Source of the DNA: an uncultured Planctomycetia bacterium
GTDB lineage: Bacteria > Omnitrophota > Gorgyraeia > JABMRG01
Length of the DNA: 64,000 nt
Assembly: GCA_964634945.1 (NCBI GenBank)
Contig: CAZWMG010000005.1
Span: 16,306 to 80,305, forward strand
Reading direction: 5' to 3'
Made by a program: the position numbers and the translations under genes. This document shows, piece by piece, positions 32,173 to 40,496 of this stretch. Numbering within the stretch: the first letter of the stretch is position 1; each line of letters starts with the position of its first letter. The notes below the pieces were generated by a model, which had not been told where the DNA came from, searched no databases, and saw only the letters and a program-made list of their open reading frames with translations.

Positions 32173-32277
32173 TTTTTGCACAATTTACGCGAGCAAAACG
32201 AGAGTAAATTGTATGCAAAAATTATATCCTGAGCCCCTATGCTTTATTGTAAAAGCGAGAATATGGGCGAAGGATCT
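32173..32277. repeat. Double-hairpin palindromic element, copy 4 (opposite orientation to copies 1-3)
   Basis: tttttgcacaatttac..gtaaattgtatgcaaaaa-ttat-atcctgag-cccctatgcttt..aaagcgagaatatggg-cgaaggatct. Confidence 0.8.
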
Positions 32278-32333
32278 CAACTTTGAATATGAAATATCCG
32301 AAGAAGCTAAATATAAATCAAAGCGGACTGCTT

Positions 32334-33080
32334 TTAGAAGAAATATTGCAGATAGGGCCTTTTTGATGAGGCTGTCAAGTAGGCTTTAATATATAATTTG
32401 CCATTACGAAAAAAGGATATTTCCGCGGGAGCATTGGAAGAATACCTCTGAAATACTCTTACTACATCCTGCGCAAGGTCTTTAAAAAACCAGGTATCAT
32501 TTGAAGCGCTATCCAATTCTATCTCTACTATGTAGCTGCCATCCAGCATATTTATATTCTTAACTACATACTGATGGTGATATTTTGTCTGTGTCCGCAA
32601 GGCTGTCCTTATATAAGATATCCTTGTATTGAGGCTGGCAGGTTGGGGGAGATTAAACCTGCCGGAAAAAATTTCTGTGTTTGAATACGCTAAAAACAGA
32701 ACAAATGGCAAGGTAAGGGCGACTACAATAAAAAAGACCCATTTCGTTTTTCTGCGAAATGAGTTTTCTACATTCATAATCAATCGCTGGGCCTGTATAT
32801 CAAGCCTCTCTGTAATCTCTGTTGCGCGCTTTTCTAAGAACTCCTGCTCCTTCTTTATCTTCCTGTCAAAGGAAAGCAGGCTTTCATAATAGAGATTGTT
32901 AAGATTCTTAGGCTGGAGATTCGGTTTTATATATTCAATATCTTCACGGCCTTTAGCAAGAGTCTCGAGATTAGCTATCTCTTTTTCAAGCTGGAGTATC
33001 TTCTTATGATAGGCCTCTTCTCTGATACTTTTGTCGCCAAATAGGCGTATCTCGTTATCATCTTTATTTGGATATGGCAT
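32334..33080 (-). CDS. Hypothetical protein: charged coiled-coil-like N-half, one TM helix, C-terminal soluble domain
   Basis: 248 aa ORF; hydrophobic WVFFIVVALTLPFVLFLAY; no family recognised. Confidence 0.8.
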   Translation of the reverse strand: MPYPNKDDNEIRLFGDKSIREEAYHKKILQLEKEIANLETLAKGREDIEYIKPNLQPKNLNNLYYESLLSFDRKIKKEQEFLEKRATEITERLDIQAQRLIMNVENSFRRKTKWVFFIVVALTLPFVLFLAYSNTEIFSGRFNLPQPASLNTRISYIRTALRTQTKYHHQYVVKNINMLDGSYIVEIELDSASNDTWFFKDLAQDVVRVFQRYSSNAPAEISFFRNGKLYIKAYLTASSKRPYLQYFF

Positions 33081-33086
33081 AATGTA

Positions 33087-33115
33087 AATATATACTACAT
33101 ATAGGCAAAAGTCAA
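33087..33115 (-). promoter_or_regulatory. Promoter placed for a leaderless transcript of the 248 aa gene
   Basis: TTGACT-N17-TATATT ending 6 nt before ATG 33080; no SD. Confidence 0.5.
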
Positions 33116-33270
33116 GGGATGACGTTAATATGGTTAGACTGAGAACTTGGAAACAGTTGCCAAGCTGTGAGGAACAGTGGGCGCTATTTTGTTAATGGAG
33201 CGGACAGGCTTCGCTTTTTCAATACGCTTTACCGTGTCCAAACTATGCCAGCCTATTCAGTGTAACCGGA

Positions 33271-33346
33271 TGGAGCGGGAGACGGGGCTCGAACCCGCGA
33301 CAGTCTGCTTGGAAAGCAGAAGCTCTACCAACTGAGCTACTCCCGC
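33271..33346 (-). tRNA. tRNA-Gly (TCC)
   Basis: 76 nt, GCGGGAG acceptor, TCTGC-TTTCCAA-GCAGA, encoded CCA. Confidence 0.96.
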
Positions 33347-33375
33347 TCATTATCGTACTACGAAGTAGCGTCCCG

Positions 33376-33437
33376 TCCTCCGAAGCCCAGGCTCTGATAT
33401 TCACATCAAAGGGCGAAGGGGGAAGCTACTCCCGCTC
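33376..33437. repeat. Palindrome with GAA/GAA internal loop, followed by a 14-nt duplicate spanning the tRNA-Gly 5' end
   Basis: tcctcc-gaa-gccc...gggc-gaa-ggggga; agctactcccgctc at 33424-33437 and 33335-33348. Confidence 0.7.
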
Positions 33438-33478
33438 GTGTATCTTATAAACACATTTAAGCAATTATTTATTGCCAC

Positions 33479-33507
33479 ATTATAACAGTTCGGAAAAAAT
33501 ATTTCAA
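33479..33507 (-). promoter_or_regulatory. Sigma70-type promoter upstream of tRNA-Gly
   Basis: TTGAAA-N17-TATAAT with TG extended -10. Confidence 0.6.
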
Positions 33508-33528
33508 TCTAAAATAGTACAACCGCGG

Positions 33529-33948
33529 TTATTCACCTATCATCTTTACCATAACTCTTTTTTTGCGTGAACCGTCGAATTCACCGTAAAAGATCTGTTC
33601 CCATGGGCCAAAGTCAAGCTGACCCCTTGTAATGGCTATAACAACCTCACGGCCCATTATAGTCCTCTTGAGATGAGCGTCGCCATTATCCTCACCTGTA
33701 AGGTTATGCTGATATCGGCTAAGCGGCTTATGCGGGATATAGTGCTCCAACCAATTTTCAAAATCCTGATGTAAGCCACTTTCGTTGTCATTTATAAATA
33801 CACTCGCTGTTATATGCATAGCATTTACCAGGCAAAGGCCCTCTTCTATTTTGCTTTTATCAAGACACTTCTCTACTTTTTCTGTTATATTAAGGAACTC
33901 TCTTCGTTTAACGGTCTCAAACCATAAATATTCTGTATAACTCTTCAT
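33529..33948 (-). CDS. YjbQ/UPF0047 family protein
   Basis: [36 protein letters not shown]. Confidence 0.92.
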   Translation of the reverse strand: MKSYTEYLWFETVKRREFLNITEKVEKCLDKSKIEEGLCLVNAMHITASVFINDNESGLHQDFENWLEHYIPHKPLSRYQHNLTGEDNGDAHLKRTIMGREVVIAITRGQLDFGPWEQIFYGEFDGSRKKRVMVKMIGE

Positions 33949-34020
33949 TGTTCCTCCAATTATTAATTTACAGCATCCCTATATAACTATAATAGTATAT
34001 AATATATATAAGTATATTCA

Positions 34021-34494
34021 TTAATAAATCGTGTTCAACAAGCCTGCGAACCTACCTGCAAAGCGTTTACACTCTTTTTTTGCTCTATCATCCGGTGCGC
34101 CGATAGCAACAGGGCCATAATGACTCCCATTTGGATCGCCCTGAATAACAAAACCATGAATGAGCATCGCGTTTATGATCTCCAATATAGTGGTTTCATT
34201 GCCTCCCGCTATATTTGCCGCGGAAGAGAACGCACCGCCTACCTTGCCATCGAGTTTACCGTGTATCTCAACTGTTTCATCAAGAAGCGTCTTTACCTGT
34301 GCCGCCATTGTCCCGTAATAAGTAGGTGAGCCTATTATCAGGCCATCCGCAACTTCAAGTTCATCTACTTTAACATCTGTTACTGTTTTTAAGGTTACGT
34401 CGTGACCTTTTACCTTTAGTTCATCCGCGATAATCTTTGCCATCTTCTCAGTGTTTCCTGTTCTTGAATAATATAACACCAATACACTTGCCAT
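34021..34494 (-). CDS. Flavodoxin / WrbA-like NAD(P)H-dependent oxidoreductase
   Basis: YYSRTGNTEKMA, GSPTYYG, GKVGGAF..GGNETT. Confidence 0.9.
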   Translation of the reverse strand: MASVLVLYYSRTGNTEKMAKIIADELKVKGHDVTLKTVTDVKVDELEVADGLIIGSPTYYGTMAAQVKTLLDETVEIHGKLDGKVGGAFSSAANIAGGNETTILEIINAMLIHGFVIQGDPNGSHYGPVAIGAPDDRAKKECKRFAGRFAGLLNTIY

Positions 34495-34621
34495 AGTCTC
34501 CCCCTAAAGTTAAAAAGCTAAACAATATAATATGTTTAGCTAATTTTTTTCATGCTTCATTGATACAAACCGCTTTCCCTCCCTATTCGGTCGGCGCAGG
34601 CTCTCTTCAAATCTTTAAAAA

Positions 34622-34737
34622 TGGCTTGCCATGCACCCGAGTCTTGCCCTATACCATTCGTCGCTTTCCGCCGTAGGCGAACAGGTGCTCCTCAGGTTCA
34701 GGGCATGCACCATATACGCAAGATGAGTGGTGCATGG
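34622..34737. repeat. Nested palindromic element joined to the 3' CCA end of tRNA-Tyr
   Basis: Outer ccatgcacc/ggtgcatgg; inner gccct..agggc; inner ttcgtcgc..gctcctcagg; innermost ttccgccgtaggcgaa. Confidence 0.75.
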
Positions 34738-34819
34738 TGGGCAGGGAAGGATTTGAACCTTCGAAGGCGAAGCCGGCAGATTTACAGTCTGCTGCCATTG
34801 ACCACTCGGCCACCTACCC
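34735..34819 (-). tRNA. tRNA-Tyr (GTA)
   Basis: 85 nt, GCAGA-CTGTAAA-TCTGC, long variable arm, encoded CCA. Confidence 0.96.
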
Positions 34820-34850
34820 ACGCAATATATTTTAAGCACTTTTTTCAAAG

Positions 34851-34901
34851 TTCGGTCTTTAGTTTTCGGCGATAACCTGTAACCTAAAACCGCACACCGA
34901 A
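34851..34901. repeat. Heptamer periodic inverted repeat (same unit family as 2354-2417)
   Basis: ttcggtc tttagtt ttcggcg at aacctgt aacctaa aaccgca caccgaa. Confidence 0.7.
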
Positions 34902-34909
34902 TGAAGGAA

Positions 34910-34985
34910 TGGAGCCGGCGAGAGGAGTCGAACCCCCGACATCCTCATTACAAGTGAGGCGCTCTACCAACTGAGCTACGCCGGC
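34910..34985 (-). tRNA. tRNA-Thr (TGT)
   Basis: 76 nt, CCTCA-CTTGTAA-TGAGG, encoded CCA. Confidence 0.96.
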
Positions 34986-34994
34986 GCATAAAAA

Positions 34995-35861
34995 TTATTT
35001 ATAGGCCTTCTTAAATGCCTGTGGGAGAAATTCTAAAAGATCGGTTGCCTTAAGAGATATCTCTGTCTTTGTCTTGGCTGCTATATCTCCTGAAAGGCCG
35101 TGTATATACGCACCAAGCCTTGCTGCCTTAAACGAATCCATGCTTGATGCTAAAAACGCTCCTATAATACCTGTCAAAACATCACCGCACCCGCCTGAAG
35201 CCATTCCCGGATTACCTGATAAATTAATATATATCTCTTTGCGCGGTGAGGCTACAACTGTCTTGTATCCTTTCAAAACAGTTGTTACATTATATTCGGT
35301 TGCGAACTTTTTTGCAACATCTTTTTTATTTTTATTAACAAAAGATAATCTTAATCCTGTAAGCCTGGCCATCTCACCGGAATGGGGAGTGATAATCGTA
35401 TTGCGTATTGCGTTGTGCGTTGTGCGTAAAATACGTAGATGGCCTTGTAAAGCATTTAAGGCATCCGCGTCAAGTACCATAGGGATATCTATGCTACTTA
35501 TCAACGAACGTATCAGGGTTTGAGTCTGCCTGTTTTGTGAAAGGCCGGGGCCTACAATAACGCAATCACACTTTTTGGAGAAATCTTTTATTTTGCTATA
35601 TGCTGCCCTTGAAAAAGACCGCTCTTTTGTCTCAGGCAGAGGAAGTGTCATAACCTCTGTAAGCTTGCGTTCCATTATAGAATTTAAGCTTTTTGGTATT
35701 GCCAGCGTAACAAGTCCGGCGCCCGCAAGAAGAGCCGCTTGCGAAGATAAATACGCGGCCCCTGTCATTCCTAATGAACCAGCGATTACAAAAACATGGC
35801 CGTAGTCACCTTTGTGGCTATCCTGTTTGCGTTTTTTTATACTCAAGCTGCGCCTTGCCAT
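34995..35861 (-). CDS. nnrD: ADP-dependent NAD(P)H-hydrate dehydratase (stand-alone YjeF C-terminal domain)
   Basis: SHKGDYG..AGS, GPGL, DADAL, TPHSGE, GNPGMASGGCGDVLTG. Confidence 0.92.
   Translation of the reverse strand: MARRSLSIKKRKQDSHKGDYGHVFVIAGSLGMTGAAYLSSQAALLAGAGLVTLAIPKSLNSIMERKLTEVMTLPLPETKERSFSRAAYSKIKDFSKKCDCVIVGPGLSQNRQTQTLIRSLISSIDIPMVLDADALNALQGHLRILRTTHNAIRNTIITPHSGEMARLTGLRLSFVNKNKKDVAKKFATEYNVTTVLKGYKTVVASPRKEIYINLSGNPGMASGGCGDVLTGIIGAFLASSMDSFKAARLGAYIHGLSGDIAAKTKTEISLKATDLLEFLPQAFKKAYK
35396..35430. repeat. Heptamer tandem repeat inside the nnrD coding sequence
   Basis: tcgtatt gcgtatt gcgttgt gcgttgt gcgtaaa, encoding LRTTHNAIRNT. Confidence 0.75.
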
Positions 35862-35864
35862 AAT

Positions 35865-36251
35865 TTACACTTTACCATTAACTAATATAACGCTTGCCAC
35901 AGCATAGGTACGTGTATGAGACATACTTATAATAATATTTTTTACACCCAAAGCTGTGCTTACCCGCTCAACTTCTCCTGTTAAGCGCACATTTGGTTTG
36001 CCGGATTCTTCGTTCCAAACCTCGATATCCCTCCACTCCATTCTGCTTGTCAAGCCGCTACCTAATGCCTTTAATACAGCTTCTTTCGCCGCAAACCTCG
36101 CGGCAAGATGCTGATACGAAGAGGTCTTCTCATTGGAATATTCAAGTTCTTTATCAGTAAATATCTTTAACAGGAAATTTTTCTGCCATTTTTTAGCGGC
36201 ATTCTTTATCCTTGATATCTCTACCATATCTATGCCTGTGCCTATTATCAT
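35865..36251 (-). CDS. acpS: Holo-ACP synthase
   Basis: GTGIDMVEISRI..AARFAAKEAVLKALG..SMSH. Confidence 0.96.
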   Translation of the reverse strand: MIIGTGIDMVEISRIKNAAKKWQKNFLLKIFTDKELEYSNEKTSSYQHLAARFAAKEAVLKALGSGLTSRMEWRDIEVWNEESGKPNVRLTGEVERVSTALGVKNIIISMSHTRTYAVASVILVNGKV

Positions 36252-36252
36252 A

Positions 36253-36972
36253 TTACACGCATGATGCTATCTTCTTCATCTCTTTAACAGCGTTGCCGAT
36301 ACCGATAAACACAGATGCCGCGATAATAGAAAAACCTATATTAAGCTCTTCGATATTAGGTATCTTAGCTATTGCCGGAGCATTAGCATAATCGAGTCCG
36401 TGTCCGGCATTTACGCCAAAACCCATACTATTGCCGTAAAAGACTGACTCTTCAATCCTGTTAAATTCCCTCTTACGCGCTGATCCGGTCTTCGCGTTAG
36501 CATAGGAACCTGTATGGAGCTCTATATAATCGGCGCCTATATCCTTAGAGGCCTTTATCTGTGATCTGATTGGATCTATAAATAGATTTAAAGATATGCC
36601 CTTGCTCTTTAGCTTGCTGATAACGCTGGCTATCTTTTTTTTATGCTTTACCACATCGAGCCCGCCTTCTGTGGTAAGCTCCCGGCGCTTTTCAGGAACA
36701 AGGGTTGCCTGATCAGGTCTTATCTTACACGCGATACTAACTATCTCCGCCGCGGCAGACATCTCCAGATTAAGCCTGGTTGTTACAGATATTTTTAGTC
36801 TCTTTAAATCATTATCATTGATATGCCTTCTATCAACACGAAGGTGGCAGACTATACTATCAGCTCCCGATGCTTCACATATCTTAGCCACCTTTACCGG
36901 ATCGGGAAAGAGTTCTCCGCGAGCTTGGCGCAGAGTCGCTATATGGTCTATATTTACACCTAATTTAGGCAT
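36253..36972 (-). CDS. pdxJ: Pyridoxine 5'-phosphate synthase
   Basis: LGVNIDHIATLRQAR..TTEGGLD..ELHTG..NAGHGL. Confidence 0.96.
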   Translation of the reverse strand: MPKLGVNIDHIATLRQARGELFPDPVKVAKICEASGADSIVCHLRVDRRHINDNDLKRLKISVTTRLNLEMSAAAEIVSIACKIRPDQATLVPEKRRELTTEGGLDVVKHKKKIASVISKLKSKGISLNLFIDPIRSQIKASKDIGADYIELHTGSYANAKTGSARKREFNRIEESVFYGNSMGFGVNAGHGLDYANAPAIAKIPNIEELNIGFSIIAASVFIGIGNAVKEMKKIASCV

Positions 36973-38330
36973 TCTAGTTCTTCCCTCGCTGTCTTGGCAA
37001 TATCCTCAGCAACGTCTTTTATCTCCAGGCTATTCTGCCCTTCTACCATTATCCTCAGCTTATTCTCTGTACCTGAATAACGGATGTATAGCCTCCCCTT
37101 CGCTCCTAATTTTTTCTCACTCTTTTCTATAATCTTCTTAGTCTTTGTCAACTCCTCAACGGGTTTCTTACTCGCTACATCAATATTTAATAGTATCTGG
37201 GGAAACTTATACATTGCCCTGCTAAGCTGACTTAAACTCTTTCCTGTCTCAGCCATAATCTTCAGTATAAAGAGCGCCGTCAACAGGCCGTCTCCTGTTG
37301 TAGTGTGATGAAGAAGTATAACATGCCCGGACTGCTCTCCACCAAGATTGAGTTTTGCCTTAAGCATCTTCTCCAGAACATACTTGTCACCAACATCAGT
37401 CTTTATAAGCCTTCCGCCCCATTGGCTTATCGCCATCTCTAACCCGAGATTGCTCATCTGGGTAGTAACGATAGAGTTTTTGGTCAAAAGGTTTTTTTCT
37501 GATAGATATTTTGAAATAATCGCCAGTATGAAATCGCCATCCAATATTTGGCCCTTTTCATCAGAGAGTATAACGCGGTCTCCATCACCATCAAAGGCAA
37601 ACCCACAATCCAATCCTTCTTCAACCACATACTCCGAAATAACATTCGGATGAAGTGAGCCACACTCCTGGTTTATGTTATCACCGGTAGGCGTATTATT
37701 GATGCTTCTTATATCAATAGATAGCTCTTTTGCTGTTTGGGGCACAAGATACGATATCGCTCCGAAGGCGCAATCAGCTCCTATCTTATAGTTTGACAGA
37801 TCGGAATCCTTTATAATCTCTCTCAACAAATCCATATACGCTGCCGTAGGATTTGGCTCATCTTTTACCTTGCCGATTAAAATATCCTCTCCTTGAGAGG
37901 ATCCGCTCTCATCTTCTGATGATATAAGAAGCTCTATCTCAAGCTCTTCTTTTGGCGAAAGCTTGTAACCTTTATGTGTAAAGAATTTTAAACCATTGTC
38001 ATCTACACCATTATGCGACGCGGAAATAACTATCCCCATATCATGATTTAATTTTTTAGCCAGGAAAGCGGCGCAGGGCGTTGTCATAACACCAAGCTTA
38101 ATAGCGTCAACACCGCAGGAGGTTATACCTTTTATAAGCTGGTCCTCGAACATCTCTCCGGAAACACGGGTATCTTTCGCTATTGATATATGTTGAGACT
38201 TTCTCTTATGCGGATTTGCTTTTTTTGCATATATTGCCGCTGCTTTTCCTATCTTGTAAACCATCTCTTCTGTTAACGGGTAAACTCCAACTTTTCCTCT
38301 TATGCCATCTGTGCCAAAGAGTACGCTCAT
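36960..38330 (-). CDS. glmM: Phosphoglucosamine mutase
   Basis: FGTDGIRG, ISASHN, DGDGDR, GGEQSGH, RYSGTE. Confidence 0.95.
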   Translation of the reverse strand: MSVLFGTDGIRGKVGVYPLTEEMVYKIGKAAAIYAKKANPHKRKSQHISIAKDTRVSGEMFEDQLIKGITSCGVDAIKLGVMTTPCAAFLAKKLNHDMGIVISASHNGVDDNGLKFFTHKGYKLSPKEELEIELLISSEDESGSSQGEDILIGKVKDEPNPTAAYMDLLREIIKDSDLSNYKIGADCAFGAISYLVPQTAKELSIDIRSINNTPTGDNINQECGSLHPNVISEYVVEEGLDCGFAFDGDGDRVILSDEKGQILDGDFILAIISKYLSEKNLLTKNSIVTTQMSNLGLEMAISQWGGRLIKTDVGDKYVLEKMLKAKLNLGGEQSGHVILLHHTTTGDGLLTALFILKIMAETGKSLSQLSRAMYKFPQILLNIDVASKKPVEELTKTKKIIEKSEKKLGAKGRLYIRYSGTENKLRIMVEGQNSLEIKDVAEDIAKTAREELECLN

Positions 38331-38349
38331 ATCTTGATTTTTTCTCCTT

Positions 38350-38799
38350 CTATCTGCGTTTTATTTTTTTTATGGGGATAGTAACTCGCGCCATGCCTTC
38401 ATAGCCGATCTTGCAGCTCGGAACTTGCGTAATACCAACATCCTGTTTTACGGTGCTGAACTTGCGATGAACCGCTACGGGCGCTGTTGAGATATACAAG
38501 AGATCCTTAATAATCTCCGGGGGGCCAGCAACCACTGAGTGGGAAGGGCTTATCGCTATCTTATCCAATACTATCCTATAGCCAGGGGCAGGTTCGCCTT
38601 CTATATTCACATAGATAGGCAGTGATTTCACTATAAACTTCTCACCTGATACCTTTATTAAGGAGGCTGCCTCCGTTTCCTTGCTAAGGCTTTCTCTGTA
38701 AAGCTGTCCGCCTATATAGCTCCATGTAAAGAGCGCAAGCGCCAGGGATATCACCTTTATAGAAAAATTATTTAGAAGAACGCCTCTTAGCATTTTCAT
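38350..38799 (-). CDS. CdaR/YbbR-like diadenylate cyclase regulator (single repeat)
   Basis: N-terminal TM NNFSIKVISLALALFTW, GEPAPGY; between cdaA and glmM. Confidence 0.8.
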   Translation of the reverse strand: MKMLRGVLLNNFSIKVISLALALFTWSYIGGQLYRESLSKETEAASLIKVSGEKFIVKSLPIYVNIEGEPAPGYRIVLDKIAISPSHSVVAGPPEIIKDLLYISTAPVAVHRKFSTVKQDVGITQVPSCKIGYEGMARVTIPIKKIKRR

Positions 38800-38839
38800 T
38801 TAATTATAGGGCCCCTATTTGTCTTTATAGTCATAATGC

Positions 38840-39649
38840 TCATTTTTTTCTCTTGAATATCTTGATAAAGCTTTTTTTCTTACGGCGAGCGGGTCGGCAA
38901 AGGTTATTTAAGACCCTCTCAAGGCCTTCTTTATCAAGGTCTCTTGTAAGTCTCCCATTTATAGCGATAGAGACTGACCCTGTCTCCTCTGAGACTACTA
39001 CAACTATGGCATCTGTCTGCTCTGTCAATCCGATAGCCGCACGATGACGCGTACCTAGGCTGCGATTTATGCGCGGGTTATCTGACAAAGGCAGAAGGCA
39101 TCCTGCCGCTACAATGCGTTCACCATGGATAATAAGGCCCCCGTCATGAAGCGGTGTACTGGGCATAAATATAGTAGCGAGCAATTCCTGGCTTACGCGG
39201 CTATCAAGAACAATGCCTGTCTCTGTATACGCCTTCAGAGAGGTTGTTCTCTCTATAGCCAGTATCGCGCCTATCTTCTTCTTTGATAAAAGAAACGCCG
39301 CGTTTACAATCTCACCTATAATATGCTCTTCTACTACAAAAGCCCTTAATAGGCCTTGTTCTCCGATACGCGCCAGGCCCTGGCGTAATTCAGGATGAAA
39401 GATAATTAAAAACGCGAGCACTAAAAGCGCGAAAAACTTCTCAATTATCCAATTAAGCGTATAGAGCCCCATGCGCTGTGAAAGAAAAGTCGTGGTAATA
39501 ACTATTATAATCAGAAGTATTATAAGCCCTTTCAATACTTGAAAAGCCCTTGTCTCTTTTACGAAGACAAAGACCGTATAAAACGCGGCCCAGAGAATCG
39601 CTATCTCCAGTAAAGGCTTCCATATACTTGCTACATATTCTATCATCAT
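38840..39649 (-). CDS. cdaA: Diadenylate cyclase CdaA
   Basis: N-terminal TM helices, PLHDGG, GTRHRAAIG, VVSEETG. Confidence 0.95.
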   Translation of the reverse strand: MMIEYVASIWKPLLEIAILWAAFYTVFVFVKETRAFQVLKGLIILLIIIVITTTFLSQRMGLYTLNWIIEKFFALLVLAFLIIFHPELRQGLARIGEQGLLRAFVVEEHIIGEIVNAAFLLSKKKIGAILAIERTTSLKAYTETGIVLDSRVSQELLATIFMPSTPLHDGGLIIHGERIVAAGCLLPLSDNPRINRSLGTRHRAAIGLTEQTDAIVVVVSEETGSVSIAINGRLTRDLDKEGLERVLNNLCRPARRKKKSFIKIFKRKK

Positions 39650-39653
39650 AGGA

Positions 39654-40496
39654 TCAATCCAATCTTATAGAACGTGCTATCTTAACTGCCGCTACAGCCT
39701 CTTTAACATCATGGACCCTTAGGATATCAGCACCGTTATAAGCCGCTATCGCGTTTGCGGCAATCGTAGGGGGCAATCTATCCTCTACGCCAAGCGCTGA
39801 AAGAGTGCCGATAAATGATTTCCTTGATAGTCCTATCATCAAAGGAAACCCTATTTTTTTAAAGTAACCTATATTTCTTATGATTTCAAGATTATGCTTT
39901 AGTCTCTTGCCAAAACCTATGCCCGGGTCTATTATAATGGACTCTTTTTTTACCCCGGCGGATCTCGCGATCTTTAGGCTTTTGCGAATACTTTCTGAGA
40001 TATCGCATAATAAATTTTTATACACAGGGTTCTTCTGCATTGTACGGGGCTTACCCTTGATATGCATTATTACAAGCCCTGCTGAATATTCAGCGCAAAG
40101 CGTTGCCAGTCTCTTGTCATTGCTAAGACCGGATATATCATTTATTATAGACGCGCCGTTTTTTAACGCGGCGGAAGCGACTTCGTATTTTGTGGTATCA
40201 ACAGAGATAGGTATCTTAAGCGCGTGCTTAAGATTACTAATAACAGGCATTATCCTGTTTATCTCATCGTCTGCGGATACGCTTAAAGATCCCGGACGAG
40301 TTGATTCCGCGCCTATATCTATAATGTCAGCGCCTTCCTTCTCCATCCGGAGCGCTCTTTTACGCGCGATACCTGCCTTCAAAAACTTTCCACCATCAAA
40401 AAAGGAGTCAGGCGTTACATTAAGAACGCCCATAACAAGCGTTCTCTTAGAAAGATCAAACTTATACCTGCGGGCTGTCAGGATCCTTTTTTGCAT
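39654..40496 (-). CDS. folP: Dihydropteroate synthase
   Basis: MGVLNVTPDSF, ESTRPG, DPGIGFGK, SRKSF, RVHDV; start trimmed to ATG 40496. Confidence 0.94.
   Translation of the reverse strand: MQKRILTARRYKFDLSKRTLVMGVLNVTPDSFFDGGKFLKAGIARKRALRMEKEGADIIDIGAESTRPGSLSVSADDEINRIMPVISNLKHALKIPISVDTTKYEVASAALKNGASIINDISGLSNDKRLATLCAEYSAGLVIMHIKGKPRTMQKNPVYKNLLCDISESIRKSLKIARSAGVKKESIIIDPGIGFGKRLKHNLEIIRNIGYFKKIGFPLMIGLSRKSFIGTLSALGVEDRLPPTIAANAIAAYNGADILRVHDVKEAVAAVKIARSIRLD

Noticed and set aside
34615-34875. 77 aa and 84 aa ORFs over tRNA-Tyr
   Set aside because: They span the tRNA and the nested palindrome and have no protein-like features.
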